A stretch of DNA of 64,000 nt, taken from positions 58,714,001-58,778,000 of the forward strand of contig NC_043006.1 of the NCBI RefSeq assembly GCF_006345805.1, written 5' to 3'. The notes beneath the pieces were generated by a model. The model worked only from the letters and a program-made list of their open reading frames with translations. It searched no databases and was not told where the DNA came from. The translations under genes were made by a program, and so were the position numbers. The stretch is from Octopus sinensis. Its lineage: Eukaryota. Positions within the stretch are counted from its first letter, which is position 1; each line of letters begins with the position of its first letter. Below, piece by piece: positions 23,966-36,300 of this stretch.

Positions 23966-24737
23966 ACGTTCTGTGTCCAAATTCCGTCGAAGACAACCAT
24001 ACCTTTCTTTATCTTGCTTTACCTTGTAAAGACAACTTTACCTTACTTAAACTTTACATTACCTTAAAGACAACTTTACTTTACTTTATCTTGCCTGTGG
24101 GTCGAACGGACACGTAGAGATGTTCTCATGGGATCGCTTTTAGATAATTGTCTTTCTTCCCATACTGGAGTTGATAAAATGTAGCAACGGAATTGATGTA
24201 ATCGACGAACCACCTTCCCCTTAAAACTGCTACTTTGTGCCTAAACGAAACACTATTATCAGCACTTTTGCTTTTCTCTCTTTCAGAGTTGATAAGTAAA
24301 GAAATAGTCTGGAGACTTAGATTAGCGGAATTGTTAGAATGTCAGACGAGATATCTTGTGATGTCGGTTTTGGTTCTTTGCGTTCTGAGTTCACATTTCG
24401 CCTAGGTGTGATAGAAGGGGAGCAGTTGATTCAAACAATTGGCTAGTATGAGACATAACCTTACAACCAACAGCTGCAATGAAATGTTGAGTCTTCATCA
24501 AGCCGTAGATCGCACGGCTGAATAGGATCGTTAGCGTGCCGAATAAAATACTTAGCAGCATTTCTTCTGGATCTTTACGTTCTGAGTTCAGATCCCACCG
24601 AAATCAAGTTTGACCCTCATCTTTCAGTGGTCAATAAAATAAAGAACTAATCAAGTGCAGGGGTCGATATTATCCAGTCCCCTCGCCTCAAAATTACCTG
24701 ACTTGTGCCAAAATTTGAAACACTTATTAACTGTTAC

Positions 24738-25055
24738 GGCACTGAAAACTGAGTCTTTGAATTCTTTTGTGCCACATTTCAGGCAATATCGTCAGTTAAG
24801 TCCTCAACCGGATTTTCTTTAACAATTGTGATTTACTGTGTGGGGCACTGAAAACTGAGTCTTTGAATTCTTTTGTGCCACATTTCAGGCAATATCGTCA
24901 GTTAAGTCCTCAACCGGATTTTCTTTAACAATTGTGATTTACTGTGTGGGGCACTGAAAACTGAGTCTTTGAATTCTTTTGTGCCACATTTCAGGCAATA
25001 TCGTCAGTTAAGTCCTCAACCGGATTTTCTTTAACAATTGTGATTTACTGTGTGG
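24738..25055. repeat. Three identical tandem copies of a 106-bp unit
   Basis: GGCACTGAAAACTGAGTC... starts at 24738, 24844 and 24950; no differences seen. Confidence 0.9.
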
Positions 25056-26429
25056 TTGGTCTTGATCGAAGATGTTTCAACTGTGAACATGCTGTCTTTT
25101 TATGGGTGCCTTACGGTTACACTGCCGAGTGTGTCCTTTATCAAGTCAGTAGCATGTGAATTAAGTTAGATTGGGATACTTTATCTTGCCTTTGGGTCGA
25201 ATGGACACGCAGAGATGTTCTCACGGGATCGCTTCTAGATAACTGTCTTTAGGTCTTGTAGAGCAAAATAAGACAATTTCTTCGTATGAATATTTCAAAT
25301 GAGAAAAGTCAACTAACAGGTACCTGTAGTTTCCTGAAAATAATTCTGTCGACTACATTTCACCTCAACCCATGAAACGTGCGTTTGGGTCTACTGTAAC
25401 GAAATCAATAATATAATGTAGTTCGGAAATAAAACGTTAGGCTGCTTAATTTTATCCCTCTTGATTTCAAGTTCAAAATTCTGCTTGAACTATCCTTCAG
25501 CTGTCAATAAAATAATGAAGTGCAGAGAGGTGTACTGTTGCACAATGCAATCATAGGTCTCAAAAAGAACAGCGACGATGAAACGCCTGTCAGACTCAGC
25601 TGAGACATGCTCAATGTGCTTATGGACAAAGAGAAACGATATCTGGAGCTGAAATAGAATACTCTAAGCCGTTAAACAGAGGAAAATAGAAGGAAAACTC
25701 AGATTTAAATAGATCCACAGTGCAAATTCTCTCGGTGGTCTTCGTGGCCGAACGGTAAGCACAACAGCACAAGGAAATAAGATCACCCGAAAGTAAAGGC
25801 AGCATTTCAAATGCACGGCTCCCTTAGAGTGTCAGGAAGTAACAGACCGAAACACTTGCTTGACAGGAGTTTTCCCTCTGAAAATTTCTCCTGTTGTCTG
25901 CTTGTTACATATCGAGTTCCCACTTACTACTGGTATGGTGGTTAGTTGTTTGACAATGCTCTTCAACAAACAAACCTGAGCTCAGTATAGTTGTTTAACC
26001 GTAAAATTGACCTCATTGAGCAAACTTATAAAGTAAAGCCACTCTAACGGTGACCATCTCGCCTTTTCTTCAAGTATTTTATGCTGAGCACTATTGTATC
26101 CAACTTGTTAAAACACACACCATGCGATTTTTGTCCCGATTTTCTATACTCGGAGTTCAAATTTCACCGAGATCAACTTTACTTTTCATCCTTTCGGGAT
26201 TGACAAAAAAGTACCGCTCGAAGACGAAGCATTGTTGGAACTGTACGAGGGTGGGGCCAAGTGTACTTTGCTTCTTTACGTTTGAGACGACATTGGTGCC
26301 AAGCTGTATCTGCCCAAGTTGGCAGTCATTTTCTTGGATAACATCGATAATACAGAGATGTGGAGACTTGCATGCATGGACAACGGTCTTTCTTCTACAA
26401 AAAAAAAAAAAAAAGAAAAGATAAAAATA

Positions 26430-26795
26430 ATGAAAACAATGCCCAGGCCTGTATATACAAAGAGATATATGGTCAACTCTGAACGGCTGAGACTGTCTCC
26501 CATCCTCTGCATACATAGGCATCTTCGTCTATATCAAATAACAAAGAACAAACCAGTTGCTTGACAGCCAATGATTCATTCATCAACACTCTACGACCAT
26601 TAGCGTCCCAAATAGATTGTTTCCTCTAATCAAAGGATGTACAATTCTACTGTATCTTATCAATTTCTCTCCTGTCAACATTTGCTTGAAGATAGACTCT
26701 GTCCGAAACGTTGAATTTTCCACTCCCCACCGCAAGTTCATCTTGCCAATGCAGACTAACACTTGTCTCTTTGGAGCTTGTTTGATTACACACAT

Positions 26796-26868
<73 letters not shown>
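26430..26868 (+). mobile_element. Probable degraded PLE 3' end/pLTR ending in (TAC)n
   Basis: Weak EN C-terminus-like peptide (GLYIQR...STLN..LSPI), a degenerate hammerhead-like core CTTGAAGA-TAGAC TCT GTCC-GAAACGTT at 26685-26712, and (TAC)n at ~26797-26868. Confidence 0.35.
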
Positions 26869-26869
<1 letters not shown>

Positions 26870-27311
26870 GTCTTCGGACACGCTAGTTGCATAACCCTTC
26901 TAATCAGGTTCGCTTTATACCCATGAGTTTCTCTCCTCTTCTCATCCTTACTGTACTTCTTTCACAAGAGCCCACTTTATACACTTTGCCCCAAATTTTA
27001 GGAATAAGTTCACTCTTAGAGTATCCCATGGTCACGAAGACTTCCCCTCTGACCCCACCATATTAATTTGTTTATATTATGTCTTCCGTTTTGGCGTCTG
27101 TTCATGTTATTATCTCTCCGTTAGTTGTGATACCAGAAGAAAAGTCGAGTTGGCATTAACTGTCCATGCTTCATGGGAGAAGAAAAGAGTAGTTTTAGCA
27201 TTCATTTTTAGGATTCTGAAAAATATAGAATTCACTTCCCCCAAATTAAAACTTGCTTTACATTTTGTTCCCCATATCTTCTGTATACTTTCCCTTTTCT
27301 ATGAGATATGA

Positions 27312-27500
27312 GTGAAGGCACGTGACCTAGTGGTTAGGGTGTTGCACTCACGACCTTACGAATGTGGTTCCGATTTCCAGACTGGATGGTGCGTTATGTT
27401 ACTGAGCGAAACGCTTCCAGTCCACTCAGCTGTGAATGAATAACCCTGTGACGGACTGTCGTCCCATTCAGAGTAAATATGATCTCGGTCACTCATAGGC
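27312..27500 (+). mobile_element. tRNA-derived SINE, family D
   Basis: GTGAAGGCACGTGACCTAGTGGTTAGGG head; related to 53130-53391 and 60530-60680. Confidence 0.7.
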
Positions 27501-27614
27501 CATGGAAACCCAGTAATTGGTCTGATTAGTTTTAGAGCTCAAGACAGAACCAACGTAACAAATTATGAGGTATTGAGACATTTAATTCGAAAATGCGATA
27601 AAAATTAGTTATAC

Positions 27615-27842
27615 TTTCTTTTGTTTGTTTCAGTCATTTGCCTGCGGCCATGCTGGAGCACCGCCTCGAGGTGGGTTTTTAGTCGAACAAATCGACCCCT
27701 GGACTTATTTTTAAAGCTTAGTACTTATTCTATCAGCCTCTGTTGCTGAATCGCTAATTTACGGGGGTGTGAACACACCAACACCTGTTGTCAAGCGGTG
27801 ATGGGGGACAAACAAACAAACACACACACGCACCACACACAC

Positions 27843-27899
<57 letters not shown>

Positions 27900-28090
27900 A
27901 CACACACCACACACACCACACACACCACACACACGTGACGGGCTTCTTTCAGTTTCCATCTACCAAATCCACTCACGAGGCTTTGGTTGGCCTGGGGCTA
28001 CAGTAGAAAACACTTGTGCAAGGTGCTACGCAGTTGGACTGAACCCAGAACCATGTGGCTGGGAAGCAAACTTCTTACTACACAGTCACG
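27615..28090 (-). mobile_element. SINE family A
   Basis: Tail, internal (CA)n, head. Confidence 0.85.
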
Positions 28091-28442
28091 CCTGTGCCAA
28101 CTGTATATTTTTTCTTTCTATGTCATCATACCAACAAGCGATTCCACTCTTAGTGACTTGCCTGACAGCATCATATCCTTTTCATGGAAGTTTCTTTGGT
28201 TTCCGATTGCCATTCATTAAGTATTTTATTTTTAGAAACCCCTGGCTGAGATTCGAACTCTACTTCTCAGATTTTCCTAGTTTACCGTCAAAGTTATTAA
28301 CACGTAAACGAATACAGTTTGATCAATCAGCAATGGTTGAATTATGGCTTAAGCAGAAACTTCGGAAGATGGATTCTAGAATTTTCTGGGCTAACAGTTA
28401 ATTAAAAATGCGAGAATTAGAGCAGAACTAAGCTAGGTTTAT

Positions 28443-28507
28443 ACGGATCATGTTGCTTTTACGGATCATGTGGCTTTTACAGATCATGTTGCTTTTACGG
28501 ATCATGT
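28443..28507. repeat. Short minisatellite, ~19-bp unit ACGGATCATGTTGCTTTT(T), ~3.5 copies
   Basis: Seen directly. Confidence 0.8.
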
Positions 28508-28779
28508 ATTTTTTTGGTAGTTTCTCGCCTCTCTCATCAATTCTCCTGGTTAATTCAAAAGACTTATTTCAGAATTTGCACAAGTCAGTCGTTTTTCTTG
28601 TCTGCTCTCTGAACTTGCTTATCCTTTCTTCTATTCACAGGTCTTAACTAGAAGTGTCATTCAACAAATATACATTACATGCAATGATTCATATGCCATG
28701 TAGCATTTACACAGTATTAATGTATTGAATGTTAGATATATGCGCACTTTAAGTGTATTCTATGAGATATGAACTGTGG

Positions 28780-29410
28780 GACGTGGATTGAAGCTGTCGT
28801 CCATGGGATACAAATGGGCTATAGGTGTAATCTGTGAGGTAAGGAACCTGTAATGTTGATTGTCAAGTGCAAAAACGTGAGGTAAGGACTCTTCTGCACT
28901 CTCCCGAAATGCCCAGATTCCATCCTCAAAGTATGAGCTGCAAGCCCTCGACTCCCAACTCCACAGGTAATTACATTGTTCTCCACCCATTCATCCGACA
29001 GTCTTCCGCCAATTCCTGATACTTGGCTCTGTTGCTGTCTTGAGTCTCTTATATCCTCTCCTACGGTTGCACAGTTAACTCCAGAAAGACTAACTAGCTG
29101 CCTTGTTACCCTGAAAACTAAGATGATGTAGACTGAGATATTGAAGGCAAGATGTGAAATATGGACTGAGATATATCTCAGTCCATATTTCACATCTTGA
29201 CTTCAGTTGGAAGCAGGATGTGGATGCAAGTGGAGACTGCTTATACAGATAGATGTGAACTGCAAGTAAATAAAGAGAGGAAATATGTAATAATGTTGAC
29301 TCACAAGAGCTCATCCGTCCTTTCACAGGACCTGCAGAGTGCCTACAGCACACCTCTTCACCTGGCAAGCCAGCCGGTTCAGTTGCTGGTCGCCCGACCA
29401 TGCAACAAGT
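28780..29410 (-). mobile_element. RLE-endonuclease non-LTR retrotransposon remnant (HERO/R2-like)
   Basis: Frameshifted LELTV.P*E..., NRAKYQELAEDCRMNGWRT, (E)VGSRGLAA match the restriction-like endonuclease region. Confidence 0.55.
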
Positions 29411-29459
29411 AGTATTGGGTTACATGATACTTGTAGCAGGGTTTTCCTACACACACATG

Positions 29460-30222
29460 TGTAACGGTAATTAGTTGTAACGATAAAGTTTTTGGTTCAA
29501 GTCGAGGGTCGCCAGTTGTAACGGTTTTAATTAACCAGTAAACATTATTATGAAATGTTGTGGCCAGCAGTTGTAACGGGAGAAATTGTTTACTGTAGGA
29601 TGTGAATGATGGAACAATGCATGAAGTTGTAAGGAAGTATTTATTTACCGTTATGTTACAATACCTTGCCTCGACGAGCAGGTTATGTTAAATCCAAAAG
29701 CATGCGAAGTAAAGTTTGTGTTTGTGTCCTCTTCATTATTTAGTAGTAGTAATTACAGAGAGAGATAGAATGATGTTGTAAGAGAACAGAATTAGAGCTA
29801 GAGAGAATTGTTGGGTGTTGTCTGACTGTTGCTTTCTCCTTCTGACCAAGGTTCTAGCTGGTCAGCCAGACTTCGTTGTGCTGTCACCGACTGTGACTAA
29901 CTCCGTTGAGTCGTCACAACTGTGACGAACTGATTTTTGCTTGGGATGTGCTGGCTTATATAACTATCCAAAAGGATAGATATATCATTAAGAACAATAG
30001 ATTTAGTTGGTGGTCTTGTTATCTCTATTCTAGCTTTTTGTGAAGTAGAAAGGGTCAAGTGGTGAAGACATTATTTCGGCCTAGCTAAAGACATCTGGAA
30101 AATGTAAAACTGCTGTAAGAGAAAAACCATTGTTCCACCGTGGGAAAAAGTTCTGTTGCAGTGTTAATTTAAATTCGGCTATGATGGATCAAATCCACTT
30201 CATGCATGCAAGATTCACTACA
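29460..30222 (-). mobile_element. Solo LTR with CATG target-site duplication
   Basis: CATG|TGTAACG...TTCACTACA|CATG. Termini match those of the LTR element at 36301-38979. Confidence 0.8.
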
Positions 30223-30712
30223 CATGCACACTCACACACTGAGATGGTAGATTCGTTAATGCGTGGACAATTTACAGGATGCGACAAAAACCCTTCCTAC
30301 ATTGCTGAAAAAAGCATGGTGTCCATCACCCAAGCCATGATAATAACAGAAAACACCTGGGTCCGCTACAAACCCCAACTCAAAGCCACAAAACATTAAC
30401 TACATGAGGATAACCACCGGCCTAACTTTACTTGAGCTGCGCTAATGGCTGCATAAAATATGGGAGTTTTTTTCTGCCGCAACCGGCACCACGCTTTATT
30501 TCATTTCCAGCTCAGCCTTATTTACGTTCTATGTTGAAATACCGTCGAGGTTTCAACTTCACTTTTCCTCCTTCAAGGTTCGATAAAGGAAAGTATCTAC
30601 CGATAACTGGTGTAGATTTGTGTCCATTTAGACCTATGCTACATTTAACTGGAAATATAATAGAAGAAATATAAGTCGGGTTTGTGGTTAGAGAGAAACA
30701 GCTAACAAACAT

Positions 30713-30858
30713 AGGCGTAGGAGTGGCTGTGTGGTAAGTAGCTTGTTTACGAACCACATGGTTCCGGGTTCAGTCCCACTGTGTGGAACCTTGGGCCGAC
30801 CAAAGCCTTGTGAGTGGATTTGGTAAACAGAAACTGAAAGAAGTCCGTCGTATATATG

Positions 30859-30925
<67 letters not shown>

Positions 30926-31092
30926 TTGTGTGTCTGTGTTTGCCACTTGACAACCGATGCTGGTGTGTTTACGTCCCCGTAACTTAGCGGTTCGGCAAAA
31001 GATACCGATAGAATAAGTACTAGTCGATTTGCTCGACTAAAGGTGTTGCTCCAGCATGGCCACAGTCTAATGACTGAAACAAGTAAAAGAGT
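30713..31092 (+). mobile_element. SINE family A
   Basis: Full head, internal (TG)n, tail. Confidence 0.9.
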
Positions 31093-31453
31093 AAACAGTT
31101 GCGCGCGCGCGCACGCACGCACACACATATACCCACAGACACACACACACACGCACACACAGAAGCAGGTAAATGTAGCTATAATAATCCTTTCTACTAT
31201 AGGCACAAGGCTTAAAACTTTAGGGGAGGGGGCTAGTCGATTTCATCGACCCCAGTGCTCCACTGGTACTCAGTTTATCGACCTCGAAGGATGGAAAGCA
31301 AAGTCGATCTAAACATAATTATAATAATGAACATAGAAGCATTTACACAGCGCAGACCAACAAATATATGCATATATGCATACATACACATACTTACGTG
31401 CATGCACATAGATACATGCATACACACATACATACATATACACATACATGCAC

Positions 31454-31531
<78 letters not shown>

Positions 31532-31559
31532 GCAGCCCTGTGTGGCTAATAAAGAAACA

Positions 31560-31633
<74 letters not shown>

Positions 31634-31699
31634 AAGGGCGGGGTGGAGCTCTCCTTACCTGTTTGAAATCATTACATTGCAAATATTTCATCATCATTT

Positions 31700-32350
31700 T
31701 GTACAGTTGCATCATCCTCAGGAATAAAATATTGGTCAGCATAGTCGTTGTTATTGTAGTTGAGAGAATTTGAAACATGGTCAGGGGACAGGTATTTTTC
31801 TGTCAAGAAATTTTTCCTCAACTTTAACCCGATTGTAATTGGCGTTGCTAATAAAACATCAGGATAATTTTGGTGTTTGACTATCAATATTCTTTTCTCT
31901 GTTGGATTCCAAGTTAATTCCCCCCCCCCCCAAACTAATGTCTAATTTTGTCATTTCCAATTTCCAAAAACTGAGGCCTGGAATGGGGTAAAATGAGTAA
32001 TGACTGATTTCATAAACTTCTTCAACTTACACAACGCGAAGGGAGACACTCCAGAATATTGTGAAGAAACTATAGAGAATATTTTGTCTAGAGTTTTCTT
32101 TAGTATTTCGTTGAGTTTTGTTGATTTCATACCATGTGTCATTTTCCCCTGACCCTCTTTCATTGCATTTTGATATTTAATATTTTGTTTTGTTTCGCAT
32201 TTCTGATGTCTAAGGATAGATATTGAGTATGAGTTTGTTTTCTTGAGAACTGAAGCGGCATTTTTATATTATCTTGTCTTACTCGTTTTGCCCCAGCCAA
32301 ATTTATCTTTTATTTACTCAAAGAGATCGGCGATAATTTTCTGAAATAGT
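31700..32350 (-). mobile_element. Highly degraded LINE reverse-transcriptase remnant
   Basis: With frameshifts: ENYR(P)ISL, QFG, LDIRNA, LSP. Confidence 0.4.
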
Positions 32351-32369
32351 GATCAGGATTACTCTTAAC

Positions 32370-32770
32370 TCTTTTACTTGTTTCAGTCATTTGACTGCGG
32401 CCATGCTGGAGCACCGCCTTTAGTCGAGCAAATCAACCCCGGGACTTATTCTTTGTAAGCCTAGTACTTATTCTATCGGTCTCTTTTGCCGAACCGCTAA
32501 GTGACGGGGACGTAAACACACCAGTATCGGTTGTCAAGCAATGCTAGGGGGACAAACACAGACACACAAACATAAACACACACACTTATATATATATATA
32601 CATATATATGACAGGCTTCTTTCAGTTTCCGTCTACCAAATCCACTCACAAGGCATTGGTCGGCCCGGGGCTATAGCAGAAGACACTTGCCCAAGATGCC
32701 ACGCAGTGGGACTGAACCCGGAACCATGTGGTTGGTTAGCAAGCTACTTACCACACAGCCACTCCTGCGC
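32370..32770 (-). mobile_element. SINE family A
   Basis: Near-consensus full-length copy. Confidence 0.9.
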
Positions 32771-33645
32771 CGATTATATTATAATGTTTTTAATGCATTT
32801 AGGGAAGACCATTTGCTTAGCAGATATAGTTTTTGTAAGATCGTGAACATTTCTAAAAAATACATTTTGTCTCAAAAGTCAGAAATGCAGTAAAAATACT
32901 TTATATTCTGCCCACTTCTCCATATATATAAGCACGTAAGATAAGAGTGTCTACGCAGTCTCTCGACTTGTTAGAAATAGTAACTATATTCCTTCAAACT
33001 ACATATTACCGCATTAAAGAAGGACATGGCCAATTTAGTCTGGGATAAAACGAAAAGGTAGGATGGCCATGACTGGAACAACTTTTTATCACAGAGTTTG
33101 CTAGGTTGGCGCTGACCTCCTACTAAACGCAACATACAAACACACGCAGTCAAACACACACACGCACATACACAAAACAAACACACGCAGAAACACAACA
33201 CAACATATGCACTACACGCACTCATGCACGCATATACTCATACACACACACGCACACACACACACACACACACACGCGCGCACACGCACACACACACGTA
33301 CACACACACATACACTCAAACACGCGCACAAACACTCGGCCATACATATACTCAAACGCGGGCACACACACACGCGGGCACACACACACGCACACGCAAC
33401 AATAACAGACGCAATAGCTAAAAAGACAGACGGAAAGAGACGGACGACTACGCTGTTAGAATTTGTGCTTCTCTTCAGCGTGAATCTCGAGAATATAGAT
33501 TTAAATAATTCATTAAAGATAAGAAATCAGTGAATATAAAGTTCACCAAAAGCAACTGATAACATTGAACACAATAAATAATATAAAACTATCGTTATTA
33601 AATAATTTATTTATATATATTAATTTTTACACACTTACTGTCGCA

Positions 33646-33727
33646 GACGAGGTGGCCGAGTGGTTAAGGCGATGGACTGCTAATCCATTGGGGTCTCCCC
33701 GCGTGAGTTCGAATCTCATCCTCGTCG
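33646..33727 (+). tRNA. tRNA-Ser-GCT: tRNA-Ser(GCT), apparently intact
   Basis: Acceptor GACGAGG/CCTCGTC, D arm, anticodon GCT at 33679-33681, long variable arm GGGG-TCT-CCCC, T loop TTCGAAT, followed by an oligo-T Pol III terminator. Confidence 0.95.
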
Positions 33728-34183
33728 ACTACCTTTTTTTTTTTTTTCTTTTTTTTTTCTTCCCTCTACTGTTATTAGTATTACTGCGATCATTGTTCTG
33801 TGGTCATGCTGGGGCAACGTTATTGAATTTTCTGTCAATAGATATTTTGTTGTTTGAAACTTGTTTTCTTCTTTCGATTATATTTTATATTGTGTTTTAA
33901 GTATTAAGTATCTGTTCCAACCACAAAAATTAATCTACACCATTACAAGTGGTGCCACCAAATACTGCTGACACTACTGTCACATCAGCGACAGCAGCAG
34001 TAGCAGTACCACCACCGCCACCACCACCACCACCACAACAACAACAACAACTACCTCCGCCAAGGCCCTCTCCTATCTCTGCCGCCGCCGTTGTTCTTGC
34101 TGCTGCTTGTTCTTCATATGGTCGCGAACAACTTACTGAAATGTAGAAATGAGACAACCCAGTGCATGGCATTGTTGTTGTTA

Positions 34184-34953
34184 CTATTGTTGTATAGCCC
34201 AAGGTCAATTCTGAGAGAGCAAGTATAATGGCTGCAGTGAGTTGCGATCCGCACATTCATTGATCCCTCCATCTTCTCCATTTATTATTCCTTAGATGAT
34301 CGTGGGGAGGGGTTAGAGTCTGCAGGCACGGTCTCCATTGGGTCCTATCAGAAGTAACCTATTTCTTTACTACCCACAAAGGGCAAAACACAGAGAGGAG
34401 AAACAAGGACAGACAAACGGATTAAGTCGATTATATCGACTCCAGTGCGTAACTGGTACTTATTTCATCGACACCGAAAGGATGAAAGGTAAAGTCAACC
34501 TCGGCGGAATTTGAACTCAGAACGTAGCGGCAGACGAAATACCTATTTCTTTATTACCCACAAGGGGCTAAACACAGAGGGGACAAACAAGGACAGACAT
34601 AGGTATTAAGTCGATTACATCGACCCCAGTGCGTAACTGGTACTTTGTTTATCGACTCCGAAAGGATGAAAGGCAAAGTCGACCTCGGCGGAATTTGAAC
34701 TCACAACGTAATGCAGACGAAATACCGCTAAGCATTTCGCCCGGTGTGCTAACGATTCTGCCAGCTCGCCGCCTTGCTATTGTTGTATAGCCCAAGGTCA
34801 ATTCTGAGAGAGCAAGTATAATGGCTGCAGTGAGTTGCGATCCACATATTCATTGATTCCTCCATCTTCTCCATTTATTATTCCTTAGATGATCGTTGGG
34901 ATGGGTTAGAGTATGCAGTCACCGTCTCCATTGGGTCCTAATCAGAAATAACC
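34184..34953. repeat. 176-bp direct repeats (34184-34359, 34777-34953) enclosing a SINE-B concatemer on the minus strand
   Basis: About 10 differences between the repeats by hand alignment. The enclosed segment is one full SINE B plus a second headless body. Confidence 0.85.
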
Positions 34954-35037
34954 GTCATTAGACTATCCAGTTGGATTCCCAAGCACGACCAACTGAGACA
35001 ATGGATACCATACAATCATTTCGTTCTTCGTCTAGCC

Positions 35038-35384
35038 CAGGGATTCTCAACCCCTTTTGCTTATGGACCCCTTTGATTACTATTTTAATTCTGGTGGACC
35101 CCCCATAATCATTCAATGTTTAAAAACTAGATTTATAGAAACTTTTCAGATTCCTATTTTGTTTTTCAGACAATAATTTGTGTAGGCTGAACCATGTAAA
35201 ATGTTAGAGAAAGAAACCTAGCTGTTTCTTGCAATACGTAACAATACATACATCTAAAGCAAATTGTTTTTATGGGTCCTTAAAATACTACTATGGATCA
35301 CCAATTTACTGTTTTGCGGTGTGGACCCTCAAAACTCGTATATGGACTCTCAAAGACCATATGGTCCCCAGTTGAGAACCACTG
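35038..35384. mobile_element. hAT (Charlie-like) MITE
   Basis: TIRs CAGGGATTCTCAAC / GTTGAGAACCACTG; perfect 8-bp TSD GTCTAGCC at 35030-35037 and 35385-35392. Confidence 0.9.
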
Positions 35385-35639
35385 GTCTAGCCCTAGGTCT
35401 CTTTGCCGGATGGCTCGGACTGAAGAATCCGTCTTGTGATTCTGTAACAGGATACTTTTTTTTTTACATTAATAGGAAAAGTGTTCAGGCAATACAATTA
35501 ATAGAAACGATAATATGAAACGGCGTAATATGACACGGAGGGAAAGTCTCGGTTAGCAACTCAACACGGTGGCCAGTCTTTTTATATACCAAGTAAATAT
35601 TCAGGTTAAATAAAAGAATCGAGCTAATAAACCAATACT

Positions 35640-36260
35640 TTCAACCTACATTTACTTCCATCAAGATATAGCCCAGAATGTTTATCCCCTAGTCTAAAGA
35701 AGACCCATCTCATCTACCAAGATCTAATCTAACCGTAGTTTACTTCTTAGAAGTAACACTCGATTTAGGCACAGCTCATACAGGCCATACTGTAAACCAA
35801 TCAAAAATGTGCCTACTTCAATATAACTCCCTGCCACTCGCCTACAGTGTTTAAAAATCTATTAACTCTTTAGCGTTCAGATTATTCTGTCAAAAGTAAT
35901 GCAATTACATGTATTAAATTGTTTCCAGTTTAGCAAGCATTAACCACTAGCTTCGAGATTTCGACGATGTGATTGTTTATTTTAAGAATGACATTGTAGG
36001 ATATGTATGAGAGTCCGGATCTGGCTGATTTGAACATAAAACAGGTAGAATATTTTGACCGGTTATGGCCGGTTTAAATGCTAAAGGGTGTCAGTGAGAA
36101 TATCTTGAATCTGTCTTCCAATAAAGATGTCTTCGCTGTAGCGGTCTCCTACTATAACGAGGCTCTGACAACCAGTACATTTAAAGATCGCATTACTTAC
36201 ATGCCCGACCTAATACCCACATGCCCGACCCTAATACCCAAGAGAAAGCACAGATGTAAA
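35640..36260 (+). mobile_element. Third Naiad-type PLE remnant (RT thumb), interrupted by a MITE
   Basis: VVYFLEVTLDL, then after the MITE SENILNLSSNKDVFAVAVSYYNEALTTSTFKDRITY, homologous to the thumb of the element at 8466. Confidence 0.65.
35866..36088. mobile_element. piggyBac-type MITE
   Basis: TTAA|CTCTTTAGCGTT ... AATGCTAAAGGG terminal inverted repeat; the right TTAA is degenerate. Confidence 0.65.
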
Positions 36261-36300
36261 GTTGGTAAAGATATATAACGATGTGATAATTAGAAGCATG

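Noticed and set aside
24738-25055. Tandem hammerhead (retrozyme/satellite) reading of the 106-bp repeat
   Set aside because: CTGACGA and GAAA are present on the minus strand, but the 8 nt between them do not pair, there is no UH triplet after a stem III, and no stem I.
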